From positions 1 through 64,000 of the forward strand of contig NIVC01002449.1 of assembly GCA_002269645.1 (NCBI GenBank): a DNA stretch of 64,000 bases, given 5' to 3'. The first letter of the stretch is position 1; each line of letters starts with the position of its first letter. Positions 49,007-64,000 of this stretch are shown here, piece after piece. The notes beneath the pieces were generated by a model. That model searched no databases and was not told the origin of the DNA. It worked only from the letters and a program-made list of their open reading frames with translations. The stretch is from Macrostomum lignano. Taxonomy: Eukaryota. Both the position numbers and the translations under genes were made by a program.

Positions 49007-49226
49007 CTTTTGACAGCCAAGTTGATAATTAAGCCAACCAAGTTAGCTTCTAAACATTCTAAACTTGGTTAGCTTTTTATCAACTTAATTTGGTTGGCCT
49101 TTTTTATGTCTACGGCCAATAGTGTCGATGCTAAACCAACGGAAGAGGTGGGAACACTCGCTGACTGCGCAAGGCTAGGCGGATTCTCAACTTGGTTGGC
49201 TTAATTATCAACTTGGCTGTCAAAAG
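49007..49226. mobile_element. 220-bp MITE-like hairpin
   Basis: Perfect 38-bp inverted repeat cttttgacagccaagttgataattaagccaaccaagtt (49007-49044 / 49189-49226). Confidence 0.6.
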
Positions 49227-50795
49227 CAATACCAACTAGCGAAGAATAATTTAGCAAAAAGTATCAAAAGCAGTAACAGATCCTATTACATGGATCAAAT
49301 GTAAAAACCAGTCAGTTTATTTAGGAAGTCAAAACTTGAATCTTTAAGTTTCAAGTTTGACTTGCTGCGCCTCGGCCATGCAAGAAACGAGTCCTTAGCC
49401 AACTTCATGGCCAAAGAAACGTTTTTGGGGGTATTATCTTATACATAAATAATATTTATTCCTATCTTAATAAAAAACTTAGTAATCGTGCAATTAGTAC
49501 CGTATCAAACGCGCTTTAATACCAATTTTGTTTTAGCTAAACCTCCATTTTTCCTATCTTTTTTATAAATACGAGCCTCTTATCAGAGCCTGTTTTTGTG
49601 CTAAAAATAGAAACTGAGTCATAGTTCGTTATTAGAAGGCGTTCTGCTTTTATTAGCGGCGCCTTCTATTAGCGTGCTGCCGACTTCTTCCCCAGTGCGT
49701 ACTTACCTAACTATTGCCTATCCCAGACGTTCTGTTCCCAGGCGTATTGCCTAATCCCAATCCCCTATTAGGCGTTCTGCCATCCCCGCCAAAATTCCCC
49801 ATTGGGCAATAAGTTCCTCTCTTAAAATAGCGCGTATCCCCATTCTCTAGGCAACTCCGATCCATCGCGAAGCCCTATTAAGACTGGAATTAAGTAGTTT
49901 AGTTAGATAGTGTCTTACTGCTCGGGCACAAACGCTAACGGAGTCGATAAAACATACTCCTTATACATGTAGACTATAGTAATATAAATAGAAAGTACTC
50001 TGCTCAATTCCAGGAAAACTCCAGAACCCTACCACAAATTCGGTGACAGCTGTGAAATTATTACGTCAAAAGAGCACTCCAGAACTTTTCCCTACGACAA
50101 ATTTGTTGGCATCGACTAAGATTAAAATAACCCCGTAACATAAGCTTAAACTATGAAGGGTCAATTTTTAATTAGCAGAAAGATCACAAAAATTGTACAT
50201 GCTGTTTAATGCTGAATCAATCAGATTGACTACAGAGCTAACTTAAACTAATCTTATGTGAGTTTTTTTGTGGGTGGTTGGGCCTTCGTGTTTGTGTTTG
50301 TTATTTTATTCCCTTGTTTGGTCACGTGCTCTTTGTACTTGTGACTGTAAATTTTAACCTCTGCCCCCTCAGGGGTGAGTCGTTGAATGTTATTGAATGT
50401 TATCCATCATTAATGCTAAGTATACTTCGTTTACTTTGTCCTTGGCTCTTACACTTACTATTCAAGTTCTCAAATTTGCTGCTCATTTCTGCTTCGTGTA
50501 TTGTAAGGCTGCAGAATCGGTGTTGTACCATAAATTGTTTTAAAGTTAATTTAGACAGAATTTGAGCAAGGCAGAATTCCGAATGACACTCCGGGTTAAA
50601 ACACAAGCAGTATAAAACACAGTGGAATATTCTTTTAAAAGAGCGGAGAAAAGTCATACGTGCATATTGACTGACTGGCACACAAACAGATCGAATGCGA
50701 GGTCTAAAAGCCTCACCCTTTACCCTAACAGAATATGGAACACAGTAAAACAGCGAGCCAGTCGCTCGCAATGGAATTATAAAAAACTCATTGAA

Positions 50796-53039
50796 CTATA
50801 CTGTATGAGCAGAAAAAAGATCGTAATCAAGCGGCCGGCACTGCTGCATGGCTAATATTATAGAACTTGCTACTTCTGCAGCAGTGCTGGTGGCCTGCTT
50901 GCGGCAAATCTGGCAGAGCACATTATAAGACGGGTTCCGGTCGTGGTCAACGAAGCCATAGGTTCGCCTCCAGCGGTGGTAGGCGTTGTACTTCTCAGAA
51001 TCTGCCGCTAAACTCTCCTGACCGCGGGGCCCCACAACCCGTTGGAGTATATCTTCTCCGTGATATAGTCGCGACAGAATACATTTTCAAAGCTCAGGTG
51101 AAAATAGTACTACCTAGAAAGGTCAACCATGCTCTGACTGTCTGGCAGTGCTCTGTTGCCGCAACGTCCGTAGAGGTGCAGCTCCATGTCCTTGGCGTCA
51201 GAATCTCTTGCCGACGGTTGAACGGCAGTTGGACACGGCTATGAAGCTGAGGTATCTATTCTCAGCAAGGGAAACCTTCGGTGGCAGAGCGATCGGTCTG
51301 GAATGTAGGGCAGCGGTTTCGATTGAAAATTTCATCCAGGGGTGTCGCCATGGATTTTATGTTGGGGGGGGGACAAAGCCAAGAATTCCAAATGTACATG
51401 ACTAAACTCCTACATGTACAATATTTTCAAAATCGGTGTCATCAATCATTTTAGCGCCGCAGGCACTCCTTTCGGCGCCGCAGGCACTCAGTTTAGTGCC
51501 GCCGCAGGCGCTATACTTTGTCACCCTGAAGCAAACTTATTGATTTCCACAAGGTGGAGTGGAGTGGACAAAGCATTGGCATGTCCCCCCCGATAGATTT
51601 TACTGGGGGGGCATGTCCCCCCTGTCCCCCCCCCGGTGGCGACGCCCCTGATTTCATCATCCCTAGGCAGCTTAATTCCTCTAGCTGGTATTTACAGATA
51701 GCTTCTTCAATTCTGGAATCAAATCACAAGCAGTAAGTTAAGTGATTCCGAGTACTTGTTAAGTTGAGAAGGGATGGGGAAAAGGTGGGAAAGATGGGAA
51801 AAGGGAGAGCTCAGAACGGTAAGCATTATACTCTCTTAAGCTAGCCCTTTCCCGATGAACAACGCTTTAGAGTCATTTCAGGTGACACAGGTAAAATAGG
51901 AAATAAGTGAGTCTAGACGACTCTAAAACGACAAGATGTCACATGTCACGGAACAAGTCGCCAAAAAGTCGTCGAAGAGACGCCTAAGAGTCAATTTGAG
52001 GCTCTGGGGCGCTTCTATAATGACTATGGGGCCATAGAGTCGTATCTGAGGCGTGCTGGAGTCTCTGTAGAATCACTGAGTTGCGTCTAAAGTGCATCTG
52101 CCTCACTTTATCAATTATAATTGCATTTCGAATTTATAACAACTCTATTTAGTCTACTTGAGGTAGTAGAAAGTGTTAAGCGCTAAAACTGAAAGACTCT
52201 TGGACGACTTTCGCGACTCTTACAATTCTACAACTCGTGACTCGTGACTTAATGACTCGTGAATCGTGACTTAATGACTCGTGACTCGTGACTTAACAGT
52301 CGCCCCTCCGTCGCATTGCAGTCGTTAAAGTTGTGCAAGATTCGCCTAATAGTCGCTTGAGTCACTAGTGAGTTGTTTCCAATGGCTATTTAACAATTCT
52401 TGCCACGGGTAACGCTTTCAATGGGATTTTAAGCGGACCTACCTGCTGTGTAGTTGTAAGGCCTACAACAGTATATGCGGAAGTAGCCGCCATCTCCTTA
52501 CCCGCTATGCGTCTCTCCAGTCGCGCTGGCAACCGGCTCAAACCGATAGTAGGGCGTGTAGATTGTCGAATCTCGTCGGTAAGTCATCGTCCAATTGAAG
52601 TAATTCGCCTCCTCAGTCGTGTCCGGGTTTTCTCGCAACAGGTAGGAAGGAAACGTGAACTGTTTAAAGTAGGCCAGAGTGTCGTCAACAAAGGATAACC
52701 AGGTCGCTTTCAAGCAATGCTGGCCGCATCGTTGAGTAGTCAGAGGCATCGGACTCTCGATGCTGTAGTAGATCCACAGCTGATTCCGTGGCAGCGTCTG
52801 TCGCATGCGACGCAGGCGTTTCTGACTGGGCAAATCGTATAGGTGTGAAACAGCAGGGCGTGGGCCTGTGAGTGGTCAGCAATGAGCCGGCAGTTGGAGG
52901 CGGAGACAGGCACCAAACCAGGCTGCAGCACCTCATTCCAGTAGCTGTAGCTGCGGAAGATTCTGGTAGCCAAAGCCGATGCAGGTGGCGTTGGCTGGAC
53001 AGCCGACGCTGGTAGCCAACGTACCGTGACGACGATAGC
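50796..53039 (-). pseudogene. Alpha-1,3-fucosyltransferase (GT10) pseudogene; exons ~53039-52502 and 51297-50796
   Basis: Exon A: CRLIADHSQAHALLFH, QLWIYYSIESP, FNWTMTYRRDSTIYTPY. Exon B: FIAVSNC, LHLYGRCG, YYFHLSFENVFCRDYITEK, YNAYHRWRRTY..LCQIC. Phase-2 intron is consistent. Lesions: frameshift ~52838, stop/frameshift ~51197, TAG at 51110-51112, internal deletion ~51030. Confidence 0.85.
51337..51650. mobile_element. hAT-type MITE (314 bp) in the fucosyltransferase intron
   Basis: 14-bp TIRs caggggtgtcgcca / tggcgacgcccctg (13/14) and a perfect 8-bp TSD atttcatc (51329-51336, 51651-51658). Confidence 0.88.
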
Positions 53040-53956
53040 CTACTCAGTTTAGTAAACAGTGAGATTAAAAGGGATAAACCATAGTAGAAAGTACATAGGC
53101 ATAATAAAGCTTGTTGACAACAGGTTTTTCTAGGACAGTCATGTGTTAACTATACCACAGCGTGTCCCTAATTAATTGTACAATCGATTCTCTATGCCAT
53201 GGGCAACCAGAATGCTGTGTACATCTCTTAATAGGCTTGCATTTTTATCTAAAAATAGCTTTTTTTGTCAAAGCTCAAACAAGATCTGAAAAATGATGGC
53301 AAAATCTGTAGGTAGCGGGCTAGATTAGCAGTAGATTACTGCTAACAGCTTGAATGTATACTATCTGCGTATATCGCTTGCAGAATTTTCGTTATTTTAA
53401 AAAAAAATTTCATTGCAGTCATGTGTCTGCGCGTCGTTGCGTGCGTGTACTCGACAACCTCTATGCAGAAACCACAAGCTTAAGAAAGTTTTTAGTGTCT
53501 ATTATCTTTGAGAATGAGCAGTTTTCAAAGTCTAGTAGTGTTATATAGGTGCTTTAAAGAGAAACGGCAAAAGCTTTTATCGGCAGAACAGACATTTGAT
53601 TAGATAGTTGACTGTTGGCGACTGTAGTTGGGCCCTGGAAAATTTTTTAAACTGCTAGAAAATGTAGCGAACGTTAAAGCCAGCATTTCGAGCCATCGGA
53701 TTAGTAAATAAAGGGTGGGTATCTTATCTCATTGCCTCAACGACCTTGGCTCAATTGATCTCGAGTCTAATCTCAAATGGCCAGAGTGAGAACCTGCTTT
53801 TTCCGGCACAAGAAATTCTTGGATTTTTTAAAAGGCGTAACTAGTTTGTAAGCGGTTTAGAAGTTTTCTCACAGACATTTTTTGTTATACCTTGGAACTA
53901 CCAAGAGCCAAACAGAATTTACCATCAGACTAAAGAAATTTTCTGATTTCTTCACA

Positions 53957-63965
<10,009 letters not shown>

Positions 63966-64000
63966 TAAGTCTACGGAACAGATCAGACGAGAGGAGAGTG

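Noticed and set aside
50796-51035. hAT transposase TTF/BED zinc finger (W..Y....LCQIC)
   Set aside because: The upstream FENVFCRDYITEK, LYGRCG and AVSNC motifs show it is the C-terminus of the GT10 fucosyltransferase.

Overview
Eukaryotic (animal) genomic DNA with spliceosomal GT-AG introns, most consistent with a Macrostomum-type free-living flatworm. That species call is an inference from the GC-rich exons, the minisatellite-filled introns and the gene repertoire. The first ~9.9 kb is a ~72-copy 138-bp tandem array that looks like satellite DNA but carries a strong protein-coding signature: 46-aa repeats, mostly synonymous differences between its two variants, and an in-frame run-out into a unique C-terminus with a stop at 10137. 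After it come a CPPED1 phosphoesterase gene (first visible exon lacks its own ATG, a candidate for a spliced-leader-donated AUG), an intronless MATH/BTB gene (-), an RRM-like/coiled-coil gene, an SRR1/SRRD-domain gene, an intron-containing amidase-signature gene, a decayed Crypton tyrosine-recombinase element with a tandem partial second copy, a zinc-finger/coiled-coil/NHL-like gene, an alpha-1,3-fucosyltransferase pseudogene (-), and 21 exons of a Tequila/GRAAL-like mosaic serine protease that runs off the right edge. Interspersed are many minisatellites, MITEs with readable TIRs/TSDs (hAT, Mutator, P-like, Harbinger-like, TA-flanked), tRNA-derived SINEs and Gypsy/non-LTR relics. Exon structures were built by hand from splice consensus and phase continuity. 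No database search was run.
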